Below are positions 31,048 to 41,935 of a DNA stretch of 64,000 bases, one piece after another (the stretch's first letter is position 1; every line of letters begins with the position of its first letter). Under the pieces are notes generated by a model. It saw only the letters and a list, made by a program, of their open reading frames with translations. It was not told where the DNA came from and did no database searches. The stretch spans positions 256,001 to 320,000 of the forward strand of contig CAXXMR010000013.1 in the NCBI GenBank assembly GCA_963663805.2, given 5' to 3'. The position numbers and the translations under genes are program-made. Source of the stretch: Sedimentisphaerales bacterium (lineage in GTDB: Bacteria > Planctomycetota > Phycisphaerae > Sedimentisphaerales > SM23-30).

Positions 31048-31899
31048 GTGGTTAATTTGAGTTTTCAGGACAGACCATACTATGGACCTGGGCGGGGCGG
31101 TTTTGGTGGCAGGGGCGGCGGAATGATGCCTCAGTTGGCTTTTCCGCCTCTGACACCGATGGTTAAATATCTCATTATCATAAATTGTGCGGTTTTTCTG
31201 CTTCAGGTGCTTGCCAAGGGCAGGATTGAGTATCTGTTTGCCGCTGAGGTGAACTCGAATCTGGGGATTTTGCAGGTCTGGCGGCTGGTGACTTTCCAGT
31301 TTCTGCACGGTAGTTTTGGTCATTTGTTTGCCAATATGCTGGGTTTGTACTTTTTTGGTACGGCGGTGGAGCGGACCTGGGGGTCGCGTCATTTTCTGCG
31401 TTTTTACCTGTTTTGCGGAGCGTTAGGAGGGGTATTGTACATGCTGGCGTGTACGTTCGGCTATCTTGGGCGGGGTGTGCCGCTGGTGGGTGCCTCCGGG
31501 GGCGTGCTGGGGGTTATGGTGGCTTGTGCGGTGATGTTTCCGCAAATCAAGGTGCTGCTGTTCTTTATTTTGCCGATTCCGATTCGGGTTCTGGTGGCTT
31601 TTATTACCTTCGGTTATGTTATTAATGTATTGCAGCGGGGCAATAACGCCGGTGGTGATTTGTGTCACCTGGGCGGTATGGCTACAGCCGTGGCGTGGAT
31701 TTTTCTTACGCCGGCCCTGAGTCGCATGACCGAAAAGCGGCAGGAAGGTGCCTATCAGCGTAAGCTCGACCAGGAACGCGCCCTGCAATATGAGGTTGAC
31801 CGGATTCTGGCCAAGGTGCATGAAAAGGGGATTCACAGTCTGACCCGCAAGGAAAAGCAAATTCTTCAACATGCGACTGAATCGCAGCGTCGAGGGTGA
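31048..31899 (+). CDS. Rhomboid family intramembrane serine protease with C-terminal DUF6576-like tail
   Basis: WRLVTFQFLH, HLFANM, GASGG catalytic Ser, HLGG; tail VDRILAKVHEKGIHSLT. Confidence 0.9.
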   Translation: MVNLSFQDRPYYGPGRGGFGGRGGGMMPQLAFPPLTPMVKYLIIINCAVFLLQVLAKGRIEYLFAAEVNSNLGILQVWRLVTFQFLHGSFGHLFANMLGLYFFGTAVERTWGSRHFLRFYLFCGALGGVLYMLACTFGYLGRGVPLVGASGGVLGVMVACAVMFPQIKVLLFFILPIPIRVLVAFITFGYVINVLQRGNNAGGDLCHLGGMATAVAWIFLTPALSRMTEKRQEGAYQRKLDQERALQYEVDRILAKVHEKGIHSLTRKEKQILQHATESQRRG

Positions 31900-31932
31900 T
31901 GGTTTGGTTGTGGTTATTGTCAAAATCCACAC

Positions 31933-31960
31933 TTGACAGCGTGGGCGCATCCGGTAAACT
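31933..31960 (+). promoter_or_regulatory. Sigma-70-type promoter
   Basis: TTGACA-N16-TAAACT upstream of the hypothetical-rpmA unit. Confidence 0.45.
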
Positions 31961-31996
31961 AATGTGTCTGATTAGATACCAGCATTCGGCCTGTGT

Positions 31997-32689
31997 TTGT
32001 GGGCCCTTACCGGGAGGTATAATCCCTTGGACGTCAAAAACTTAGTGCTGTTTTCGGTCCTGGCGGCCTTTAGCTTTGGGTTTTGTATGACTGCGGCTGT
32101 GCCGGCTGCTCCTGAGCCTGCTCTGGTGCCGCCTGCGGGTACGTGGCAGTTAGACTTCGAGATTCATGGTGAGCCGCGTCGGATTTCCATAATTCTGCCG
32201 GGCGATGCCGAGCCACGCAGCTTTTGGTATCTGCTCTACACGATTACCAACAATACTGGTCAGGATGTGGAGTTTTATCCGCAGTTTGAGCTTATGACCG
32301 ATACTTTCAAGCTTTATAATGCCGGTGACAAGGTTCGTCGTCCGGTTTTTGAGGCGATTCGCAAACGCTATGCCGAGACCATTCCGCTGCTGGAGCCCCA
32401 AAGTATGCTGACGGGCAGATTGCTGGTGGGCAAGGACAACGCTCGTGATTCGGTGGCGATTTTTGAGGATTTCGACCCCAATGCTACTGAGGCTTCTGTT
32501 TTTGTCGCGGGCCTGAGCAATGAGACCGTTAAGATGGAAATTTCTGAAAAAGCGGAATCAGGCGAAAAAGTTACAAAAGAAGTCTTGCTTCGTAAGACTT
32601 TGATGCTAAAATACCAGGTTCCAGGTGACAGGTTCAACCCGGAAAAGCGCGTGATGCTGTATCGCGACAGAGAATGGTTAATGCGTTAA
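31997..32689 (+). CDS. Hypothetical exported protein (start uncertain)
   Basis: Long ORF with signal-like N-terminus and genome-typical codon usage. Confidence 0.7.
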   Translation: MWALTGRYNPLDVKNLVLFSVLAAFSFGFCMTAAVPAAPEPALVPPAGTWQLDFEIHGEPRRISIILPGDAEPRSFWYLLYTITNNTGQDVEFYPQFELMTDTFKLYNAGDKVRRPVFEAIRKRYAETIPLLEPQSMLTGRLLVGKDNARDSVAIFEDFDPNATEASVFVAGLSNETVKMEISEKAESGEKVTKEVLLRKTLMLKYQVPGDRFNPEKRVMLYRDREWLMR

Positions 32690-32752
32690 CTGCTTATAAG
32701 CAAAGCGGTTGGCGTAAATTTAGGAAGTATTCCAGAAGTTTGGAGCGTAACA

Positions 32753-32989
32753 ATGGCTCATAAAAAAGGACAGGGTTCATCCCGTAACGGACGTGATTCT
32801 CTCCCTCAATATCGTGGTGTAAAACTTTACGGCGGTCAGAAGGCCAAGGCTGGCGCGATTATCGTGCGGCAGTGCGGCACTCCTTTCAAGCCGGGCCGTA
32901 ATGTTGGTGTGGGCAAGGATTACACCCTTTTCGCTCTGGCTGAGGGGACGGTGGTCTTTCAGGGCAGAAAAGTTCACGTCGAGAATTAG
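32753..32989 (+). CDS. rpmA: 50S ribosomal protein L27
   Basis: [30 protein letters not shown]. Confidence 0.97.
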   Translation: MAHKKGQGSSRNGRDSLPQYRGVKLYGGQKAKAGAIIVRQCGTPFKPGRNVGVGKDYTLFALAEGTVVFQGRKVHVEN

Positions 32990-32993
32990 TTAA

Positions 32994-34175
<1,182 letters not shown>

Positions 34176-34181
34176 TTTTTC

Positions 34182-35006
34182 ATGGATGTCATTACTATTG
34201 ATATTGGCAACAGCTCTGTGGTTCTAGGGCTGTTTACTCAGGACCAGCTCGAAGTTGTCGAGCGTCTCGGTGAGGACCGGCTGGTCGAGCTTTCATCAAT
34301 ACTTCGTTCTTTTCTAGCGAAGTGTCCGCCGGATGCCGACGAGAAACAAACCTTACCGGTAATCGTCAGTTCCGTGAATGGCCCCTGGCTGAAACTTGTT
34401 GAGGATGCCGTCAGCGAAACTTTCGACCAGAATATTTTGCTTGTGGGGCGTGATGTCCCTCTTTTTATCAATATTGCTTTGCCCGAACCGGAGAATATCG
34501 GTACCGACCGTTTGCTTACCGCTTCGGCTGCTTATGACCATCTCGAACACGCCTGTGTCATCGCTGATTTTGGCAGTGCAACCACTATTGACTGTGTCAA
34601 TGACCAGGGGATTTTTATCGGGGGTACTATCATGCCGGGTTTGAAAATGTCGGCTAATGCTTTGCATGACCATACCGATACTTTGCCAGAGATCGATATT
34701 ACAGTTCCCGACGGCGATTATGGAATCGATACTAAATCGGCAATGCAGCACGGTATCTATTATGGTGCTATTGGCGCTTTGCGTGCCATTGTTGAGCGTT
34801 ATGCCACGGTTCTGGGTAATTGGCCTCAACTGGTTCTTACCGGCGGCTACGCCAATCTGATTGCCCAGAAATGTGATTTTGCGGATTCGCTGGTGCCGGA
34901 CCTTTGCTTGACCGGTCTTTATCTGGAATATCACAAATATCTTACCGCTCAGGACAATGAGCAGGCCGGCCTGCCGGAATCAGACGGCACTGAGGCTGAG
35001 GAGTAG
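34182..35006 (+). CDS. coaX: Type III pantothenate kinase
   Basis: IDIGNS, GTDR, DFGSATTID, GGTIMPG, LTGG. Confidence 0.92.
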   Translation: MDVITIDIGNSSVVLGLFTQDQLEVVERLGEDRLVELSSILRSFLAKCPPDADEKQTLPVIVSSVNGPWLKLVEDAVSETFDQNILLVGRDVPLFINIALPEPENIGTDRLLTASAAYDHLEHACVIADFGSATTIDCVNDQGIFIGGTIMPGLKMSANALHDHTDTLPEIDITVPDGDYGIDTKSAMQHGIYYGAIGALRAIVERYATVLGNWPQLVLTGGYANLIAQKCDFADSLVPDLCLTGLYLEYHKYLTAQDNEQAGLPESDGTEAEE

Positions 35007-35009
35007 GTT

Positions 35010-36116
35010 ATGATTAGCCGGGCCGCACTGCTGACGCCTGCCGGACCGGGCGGCATCGCTGTTATTCAGTTGCGGGGTTTACGTGCGGCCGAGGCGGTCG
35101 AAAATATTTTCCGGTTTCAGGCTGATACGGCGCAGGGGGGACTCAAACTCGGAAAAATTGTTGACGAAGAAAACAATGTCGTTGACGAAGTTCTATTGGT
35201 CGATAATTCCGAACAGAATCTTTTTGAAATACATTGCCACGGCGGGCCGCGGGTCGTGCAGCGAATTCTTATGCTTTTGCGTGACAATGGTCTGAATATT
35301 GTCAAATGGCAGGAGCTTGTCGATGCGGATTCTATTGAACAGGAAGTTACCCAAACTCTGCCTCTGGCCCGGACGCGTAAGGCGGTTCTGGCTATCAGCC
35401 ATCAGCATCCCGCGGGTCTGACGGCGTGGGTTGAGGGGGAGATTTCTTCGCTCAAAAAGGATTTGATAGACATTCATGAATATTACGAAGAAGCCACGCG
35501 TCTGCTGCGTACTTATACTTTGACGCGTCGATTGCTTCAGCCTGCCCAGATTGTTATTACCGGCCCGGTGAACGTCGGCAAGAGTACGCTGGCGAATGTT
35601 CTGACCGGCAGGCGGCAGTCGCTGGCGGCGGATTTGCCGGGTACGACACGTGACTATACGAGTCAATTGACCGATATAAACGGCCTGCCGGTTGAGCTGA
35701 TTGATACCGCTGGCCGTCGCGATACAGATGATTATCTGGAAAAAATGTCCCTGGAAAAAGCCGACAAACTGCTTGTTGCGGCGGATTTGGTATTGCTGGT
35801 TGTTTCGGCGGCGGATGATGTCGATGAACAGATCGACCAGCAGTTGGAGCATATCCCTATTGAGGCTGAAGTGCTTATTGTGGTGAACAAGGCCGACCGG
35901 GTGGATGTGCCTGCCAGCAGCTATTTGCATATTTCGGCGTTGGTTGGCGATAATCTCGATGAGCTTCGCCAGAGTATCGCTGACCAGCTGGGATTGTCAT
36001 CTTTTAATCCCGCTCAGCCGTTGGTTTTCACCGACCGCCAGGTTGCTTTATTGACCGACAGTCTTAGTGGTGAGTTGGAAACAGTGCTGGAGTGCCTGCG
36101 AAAACTCCGGGGATAG
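35010..36116 (+). CDS. Short MnmE/TrmE-like GTPase
   Basis: GGIAVIQLRG, EIHCHGG, GPVNVGKST, PGTTRD, DTAG, NKAD; lacks the C-terminal FC(I/V)GK tail. Confidence 0.8.
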   Translation: MISRAALLTPAGPGGIAVIQLRGLRAAEAVENIFRFQADTAQGGLKLGKIVDEENNVVDEVLLVDNSEQNLFEIHCHGGPRVVQRILMLLRDNGLNIVKWQELVDADSIEQEVTQTLPLARTRKAVLAISHQHPAGLTAWVEGEISSLKKDLIDIHEYYEEATRLLRTYTLTRRLLQPAQIVITGPVNVGKSTLANVLTGRRQSLAADLPGTTRDYTSQLTDINGLPVELIDTAGRRDTDDYLEKMSLEKADKLLVAADLVLLVVSAADDVDEQIDQQLEHIPIEAEVLIVVNKADRVDVPASSYLHISALVGDNLDELRQSIADQLGLSSFNPAQPLVFTDRQVALLTDSLSGELETVLECLRKLRG

Positions 36117-36245
36117 TTTTTCTGTTTTGCGTCAAAACGCTTTGCGGAGGCGATTCTCGCTGGAAATTTTTGGGCGTGGGCTGTATACTCAGCCGCTTAA
36201 CGGATTCAGGAATTTGCGGTTAAACTTGCGGAATGATAGAAGATA

Positions 36246-38951
36246 ATGTCAAATTTACCGGACATCGATAAACTCACTCCCGCCATGCGGCAGTTTCATA
36301 ATTTCAAACAGCAGTATCCCGACGCGATTTTATTTTTTCGCATGGGCGATTTTTACGAAACTTTTTATGATGACGCCAGAATCTGTGCCCGTGTACTGGG
36401 CATAACTCTCACCAGTCGTGGCAAAGGTGAGTCCGCCGCACCGCTGGCCGGTGTGCCTCATCATGCCGTAACCGGTTATCTTAACAAGATGATTAAGGCC
36501 GGTTACAAGGTCGCTATTTGTGAGCAGGTTGAAGACCCTGCCCAGGCCAAAGGTGTGGTTAAGCGTGATGTTGTTCGGCTGGTAACGCCGGGGACACTCA
36601 CCGAAGATTCACTGCTGGAGGAGCGGGAAGGCAATTTTCTGGCGGCGGTTTGTTTTGTCCGTCCTCAGGGTAATTCCAAATCCGCCAGTCGGGCCGAACC
36701 TGAGCAGGTCGGTATTGCCTGGGTGGAGCTTTCTACCGGCCAGTTTTTCGCTGAGCTTACCGAAAGCCGCTTCGTGCTGGACGAGCTGGCCCGGCTGCAT
36801 CCGGCGGAATGTGTTATCAGCGATGATACGGATGCACTGCCGGAAAACTTCGCTCGTAACTTGCGTGAGCTTACCGGTGCTGTGGTAACTACCCGTGCCG
36901 GTTACATTTTCGAGCGTCACACCGCGTTTGAAGCACTCAAGAAACATTTCCGCACCGCTTCGCTGGAGGGTTTTGGTTTTGAGGGGGCGAATCTGGCGAC
37001 CTCTGCCGCCGGTGCGGTGATTGATTATCTTAACGAGACTCAAAAAACCGCGCTCGAGCATATTTCGCGTCTCCAGCGTATCTCCCGTGAAAATTACCTT
37101 CAGCTTGACCAGACCACCTTACGCAGCCTGGAAGTTGAGCGTACTATTCGTGATGGTTCTCGTGTCGGGTCACTGCTGCACAGCATCGACCAGACCGTTA
37201 CCGCTTTGGGTGGGCGTCAGTTACGTCAGTACGTTACGTGTCCCTTGTATAATCTGCCTGAAATTGAAAGGCGGCAGGACGCGGTCGCTGAGCTTTTACA
37301 GATGGACGAACTGCGACGCAAACTGCGGGCCTGTCTGGGCGATGTGGCTGATATTGAGCGTATCACCTCGCGGGTGAGTACCGGGCGAACTTCGCCGCGT
37401 GATTTGCTGGGGCTGGGGCGGACTTTACGGCAGATGCCTTTGGTGAAGCAGTTGCTGAGTAATTGCACCGGTGCTTTGCTGGGGGAAATTGCCGGGCGGG
37501 TGGATACTCTGGATTTACTGGCGGATTTGCTTGAAGCATCGCTGGACCCGGAAGCACCGCTGGGCTATCGTGACGGCGGGGTTATTCGCAGCGGTTTCAA
37601 TGAGGAAGTTGACCGTTTGCGTTCTCTCTGTCGGGACGGGCAAAGCTGGCTGGCGGAATATCAACAGAAGCTTATTCAGCAGACCGGCCATGCCAGCCTC
37701 AAGGTTGGTTTCAATAAAGTGTTTGGTTATTACGTTGAAGTTTCCCACGCTTTTCGCGGTGAGCTGTCCGGCGATTTTGTGCGTAAGCAGACCCTCAAAA
37801 ACGCGGAACGCTATATTACCGATGAACTCAAGAAATATGAGTCCGAAGCTCTCACTGCTGAACATCGCTGTAAGAAACTTGAGGAAGAACTCTTTCAGGA
37901 ATTGCGTCGTGAAGTTGCCGCGCAGACTTTGCATCTTCAGCAGATTGCCGAAGCGGTGGCCGCTGTCGATTGTTTCGCCGCGTTAGCGGAAATTGCCCGC
38001 CATCGCAACTATTGCCGGCCCACCATGCACACCGACAAGGACACCCGCATTATCGATGGGCGGCATCCTGTACTTGACGTTACTCTCGGTAATGGTTTTG
38101 TGCCCAACGATGTAAGTTTTTCGGCACCTTCGGAAAAATCACCCGACCCCGCCGCGGATCTGACTATTATCACCGGGCCGAACATGTCTGGTAAGAGCAC
38201 TTATATCCGCCAGACCGCACTGCTGGTGCTCATGGCCCAGATGGGCAGTTATATCCCCGCGTCATCTGCCACTATCGGTCTGGTTGACCGTATCTTTACC
38301 CGTGTCGGTGCCTCCGATGAACTTACCCGCGGGCAGTCAACTTTTATGGTCGAAATGACTGAGACCGCCAATATCATCAACAATGCCACCGATCGCTCTC
38401 TGGTGATTCTCGACGAAATTGGTCGCGGCACCAGTACCTACGATGGTCTGTCCCTGGCCTGGTCCATCGCTGAACATATCGCCCTCAATATAAAATGTCG
38501 TACCCTGTTCGCCACTCATTATCACGAGATTACCGAGCTTGCCGAGCTTATCCCTAATATCGCCAACAGCAATGTTGCTGTGCGTGAATGGAAAGACGAT
38601 GTGGTTTTCCTGCACAAAATCGTGCCCGGTCGAGCCGACCGCAGTTATGGTATCCATGTCGCCCGACTAGCTGGTGTCCCCAAAAACGTTCTGGTCCGTG
38701 CCCGTGAGATTCTGGATGAACTCGAACGTAATTTCGCCCGCGAGTCGCACCGCCCCGAACTGACCGGAAAACGTACTCCCACGCCAGAAGGACAATTACT
38801 CCTGTTCGATGAACTCATTGGTGAAACCATTATCGAAAAAATCCCCGACTGGCTCAGCGAAAAATTAGGACAGGCCGACCTCAATAATATGACCCCCATG
38901 CAGGCCTGGCAGCTTTTGTCGGACATGAAGCAGAACCTCTCCGAGCAATAA
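36246..38951 (+). CDS. mutS: DNA mismatch repair protein MutS
   Basis: TPAMRQF, FRMGDFYE, TGPNMSGKST, STFMVEM, DEIGRGTSTYDG, SYGIHVA. Confidence 0.98.
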   Translation: MSNLPDIDKLTPAMRQFHNFKQQYPDAILFFRMGDFYETFYDDARICARVLGITLTSRGKGESAAPLAGVPHHAVTGYLNKMIKAGYKVAICEQVEDPAQAKGVVKRDVVRLVTPGTLTEDSLLEEREGNFLAAVCFVRPQGNSKSASRAEPEQVGIAWVELSTGQFFAELTESRFVLDELARLHPAECVISDDTDALPENFARNLRELTGAVVTTRAGYIFERHTAFEALKKHFRTASLEGFGFEGANLATSAAGAVIDYLNETQKTALEHISRLQRISRENYLQLDQTTLRSLEVERTIRDGSRVGSLLHSIDQTVTALGGRQLRQYVTCPLYNLPEIERRQDAVAELLQMDELRRKLRACLGDVADIERITSRVSTGRTSPRDLLGLGRTLRQMPLVKQLLSNCTGALLGEIAGRVDTLDLLADLLEASLDPEAPLGYRDGGVIRSGFNEEVDRLRSLCRDGQSWLAEYQQKLIQQTGHASLKVGFNKVFGYYVEVSHAFRGELSGDFVRKQTLKNAERYITDELKKYESEALTAEHRCKKLEEELFQELRREVAAQTLHLQQIAEAVAAVDCFAALAEIARHRNYCRPTMHTDKDTRIIDGRHPVLDVTLGNGFVPNDVSFSAPSEKSPDPAADLTIITGPNMSGKSTYIRQTALLVLMAQMGSYIPASSATIGLVDRIFTRVGASDELTRGQSTFMVEMTETANIINNATDRSLVILDEIGRGTSTYDGLSLAWSIAEHIALNIKCRTLFATHYHEITELAELIPNIANSNVAVREWKDDVVFLHKIVPGRADRSYGIHVARLAGVPKNVLVRAREILDELERNFARESHRPELTGKRTPTPEGQLLLFDELIGETIIEKIPDWLSEKLGQADLNNMTPMQAWQLLSDMKQNLSEQ

Positions 38952-38985
38952 AAAAAGCCCCTCGCAAAGCAAAGAGGCTTGTTTA
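38950..38985. terminator. Probable terminator after mutS
   Basis: AAGCCCCT / AGAGGCTT imperfect stem flanked by A and T runs between convergent genes. Confidence 0.5.
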
Positions 38986-39204
38986 TTTTATTAGTCTCTT
39001 ACAAATGAAATTTTGCGCAAAATAGCAACAATTTACCAGAGCCGCGTACGGAGGTAAGCGGTGCCGTTAAAAATCCGCGTAATCCGTGTAATCCGCGGCT
39101 AAATATTGTCGTTGTTTGTGTTGTCTTGAATTTTGAGTTTAGAATTTGTTCAGGATTTAGAATTTAGTGCTTAGGGTTTCCAGTTTATCTGGGGCAGGTT
39201 AATT

Positions 39205-40236
39205 TCAGACTTTTCTCCGCCGCCTGATCGTTACCAGCGAGCCTATCGCCAGGAACGCTATCGCTGCCGGCTCAGGAATGGATGGCGGGGTTACACAGGA
39301 TATCGAGAGTTCACTGCCTGGCGTGAACTGACCAAAATTAATCTGACCGCCGCCGTTGAGGTTGCCCACAATCAGCGAACCGGTAATTACGCCGCTGCTG
39401 AAGTAGGTGTCCGCCAGCGGAGCCAGAATATTTACGTTATTACTGCTGGAGAGGCTCAGTTTCTCCGCGTCGGCAAAGTTAAGGATGACATCCGCAGCTG
39501 TTATGCCGCCGCTGTAGCTCCAGTTGGTCGAGTCCAGAGTGGCACTGCTGTCGGAAACATTAATCAGAACTTTCGAGCCGGCTGAGCCTTTGATGTCAAA
39601 GCCCCAGGCGTTTTTCAAATCCGAACTGCTGATTTCCAAAACATTAATTCCCTCGGCGGCACTATAGCTCAGACCGCCCCAGTTATTGGTAATCTTACCG
39701 GTCGCACTCATGCTCGCGATCGAACTGGATGTCCCTTTGAAGTAAGACGAAATGGCGTCGTAGTCCAGCCCCACATAATCGGTACCTTCCTTAACACCGC
39801 CGGTTGCGGACCATTGCTTGGGCAAATCGGCACTGCCACCGGCTGCGATACTGCCGTTAATCGTGCCGCCGCCCTGAGTATTCAGGCTGCCGCCCATATA
39901 GATGTCACCATTGACGCTCAGGCTTTGCAGCGTCAGGTCTTTGCTTATGTCGAGCGAACCGGTATATGAACCGCCTTTGAGATAGGCAGACCCGCCGGTA
40001 TGTAAAGTATAGCCGTCAGTAGAGCCCTTGCCAGCGGCACTGAAGCTCTTGAAATAAACATCACCAGCCGCGCCGATAACACCGTCAATATCACTTGTAT
40101 AGCCGCCGTTATCGGTCCCGATGTCACCCAGACTGTAAACATGGAACTGCTCAAACGGGTCGGCCAGACTGGACCAGCCAATCACCGGGGTTAATGCCGC
40201 AAGCACTAATGATAACATAATCACAATTTTACTCAT
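39205..40236 (-). CDS. Choice-of-anchor A-like secreted protein with PEP-CTERM sorting signal
   Basis: Signal peptide; ILNF and ILAP motifs; C-terminal IPEPAAIAFLAIGSLVTIRRRRKV. Confidence 0.85.
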   Translation of the reverse strand: MSKIVIMLSLVLAALTPVIGWSSLADPFEQFHVYSLGDIGTDNGGYTSDIDGVIGAAGDVYFKSFSAAGKGSTDGYTLHTGGSAYLKGGSYTGSLDISKDLTLQSLSVNGDIYMGGSLNTQGGGTINGSIAAGGSADLPKQWSATGGVKEGTDYVGLDYDAISSYFKGTSSSIASMSATGKITNNWGGLSYSAAEGINVLEISSSDLKNAWGFDIKGSAGSKVLINVSDSSATLDSTNWSYSGGITAADVILNFADAEKLSLSSSNNVNILAPLADTYFSSGVITGSLIVGNLNGGGQINFGQFTPGSELSISCVTPPSIPEPAAIAFLAIGSLVTIRRRRKV

Positions 40237-40740
40237 ATCTTTTTTTGTCCTTAATAAACTAAAGTTAAATTCTGTTTACTTTCCTGGCACTTGCCTTTTT
40301 CATTCAAGTAAAAGAGAAGATACATTCAGCCTGAATGCAAATCCCCCGAATAGATTAAATGTGATTTTAAGCCCCTCACGCGGTTCCGCCCCCGCAAAAT
40401 CCGCATAACCCCTACAAACCTGACTTTGATATTAAGGTTATCGCCCCCTGGCTGTGCGCAAAATAACAGCGTGATTCAAAAAATCAAACCACGCCGCTGA
40501 ATTATCGGATTGGTAACCGTTCACTCATACCCCCTGCCTTCTTCCAGGGTGGCAGCTTCTTGCATAGCAAGGAGCTGGTCTTCGCCATTGACGATATAAT
40601 TGAAAGTTTGAGCTACACGCCCTCTGCCTGCCGTTAAATAAAAACTCTCGGCGAAGCCGAAACCTCGCCGTTCACTCTTGCCTCATGCCTCATGCCTTCT
40701 TCCAAGGTAATGGAAGCGCCAAATACGCCAAACGCCGCCC

Positions 40741-41200
40741 TTAGTTTTCGATGTTATAGTGGCTATCATACTCAAGTTCGAGTTTGAGTTTGTGCCGCGC
40801 TTCCTCACGTGCCAGCGAGGTCAGCAAATCTTTCAGGGCCGGGTCCGTAGTGCAGGCTGCCAAATCAGAGTAGAGTTTGAACGCTGATTTTTCTTTCCGC
40901 ATCGCTAGGATATAAGCTTTTTGCGTATCCAACTCCTCGTCAGGCTCGATTTCAACCAGATAGTCAGAGATTTTTAAAATCAGCCTGTCCAGCTCCAGCC
41001 GTCGCCGCGAGTTTGCCGCCGGCCTTGACCTGCTGAAGTTTTGCCTTGTGGCCCTCTTCCTCCGCGGCGAACTCCTCGAAAGCCGCCTTCAGGGCGGCGT
41101 TATCCGACCGGCTCGCCAGCTCGCGATAAAATACCGCGGCCCCGATTTCCTCGTTAATCGCGAAATCCAGAATATCTTCAATGTTGTTGAATGCGCCCAT
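40741..41200 (-). CDS. Rubrerythrin/ferritin-like di-iron protein; one frameshift near 40971-40979
   Basis: Two halves with FAINEE..EEEGH and MRKE..EEARH carboxylate motifs, joined across a homopolymer run. Confidence 0.8.
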
Positions 41201-41365
41201 CTAAGCTCTCCTGAAAATAAGACACTCGATTATTTAGTCACCAGATTATACCCCTGAAACCCGCTCGGTCCAGCCCCGAAAATTCAAAACTTGAAACTTG
41301 CGTCCCCGCCCCCTTCGATGGTATATTACCCCTCCGGTCACAAAGCTGGCCGGTGAAAAATAGAC

Positions 41366-41439
41366 GCCCCCATCGTCTAGCGGCCTAGGATACCTGGTTC
41401 TCAGCCAGGTGACAGGGGGTTCGAGTCCCCTTGGGGGTA
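41366..41439 (+). tRNA. tRNA-Glu (anticodon CTC), CCA not encoded
   Basis: GCCCCCA/TGGGGGT acceptor stem, CCTGG-TT-CTC-AG-CCAGG anticodon arm, AGGGG-GTTCGAGT-CCCCT T arm. Confidence 0.95.
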
Positions 41440-41504
41440 ATTTTCACTCTCTCAAATCCTTGTTTTTGGCTCATAAATGAGGATTTCATGTAACGGCTTT
41501 TTTG

Positions 41505-41526
41505 AATGTAGTAATCAATGTAGTAA
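41505..41526 (+). repeat. Direct repeat AATGTAGTAA x2, candidate integrase arm-type sites
   Basis: Identical 10-mers at 41505-41514 and 41517-41526, about 65 bp inside the tRNA 3' end. Confidence 0.5.
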
Positions 41527-41935
41527 GGTTTTTAGTCTGCATTCTCTCCTTATTACTCTTTCCCGTTTTATACTCTTAGAGTAGGGAATAATCATCAAAA
41601 GCCAAAAGTCTGTTCCAATTACGAACAACCTTAAATCATGTACCACTCTCCAATAGTTAATTGTAATAAAATAATAAGAGTATTGAGAGGCAGAATAGCT
41701 GTTATTGAAGCTTTATAAGCAAATTAATAAGCCTTAATTGTTCCTTGAGCGAAAATTCTCCCTTAAGTCCCTTATTAAATGCTTGTTTTTTATATAACTA
41801 AGTGTATAGTAGGGATTAAGGTTTAGCCCAAGGGGGGCGAGTCAGTTGCCTCATAGGGAAACTTCGTTTGTTAAGTTGTGGTAGTTTAGGTGGTTATGGC
41901 TAGCAGGAGTGATTTTTTAGATATTAAGGCGGGAT

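Noticed and set aside
40741..41200. Two separate small ferritin-like genes
   Set aside because: They are halves of one rubrerythrin-like gene joined across a homopolymer
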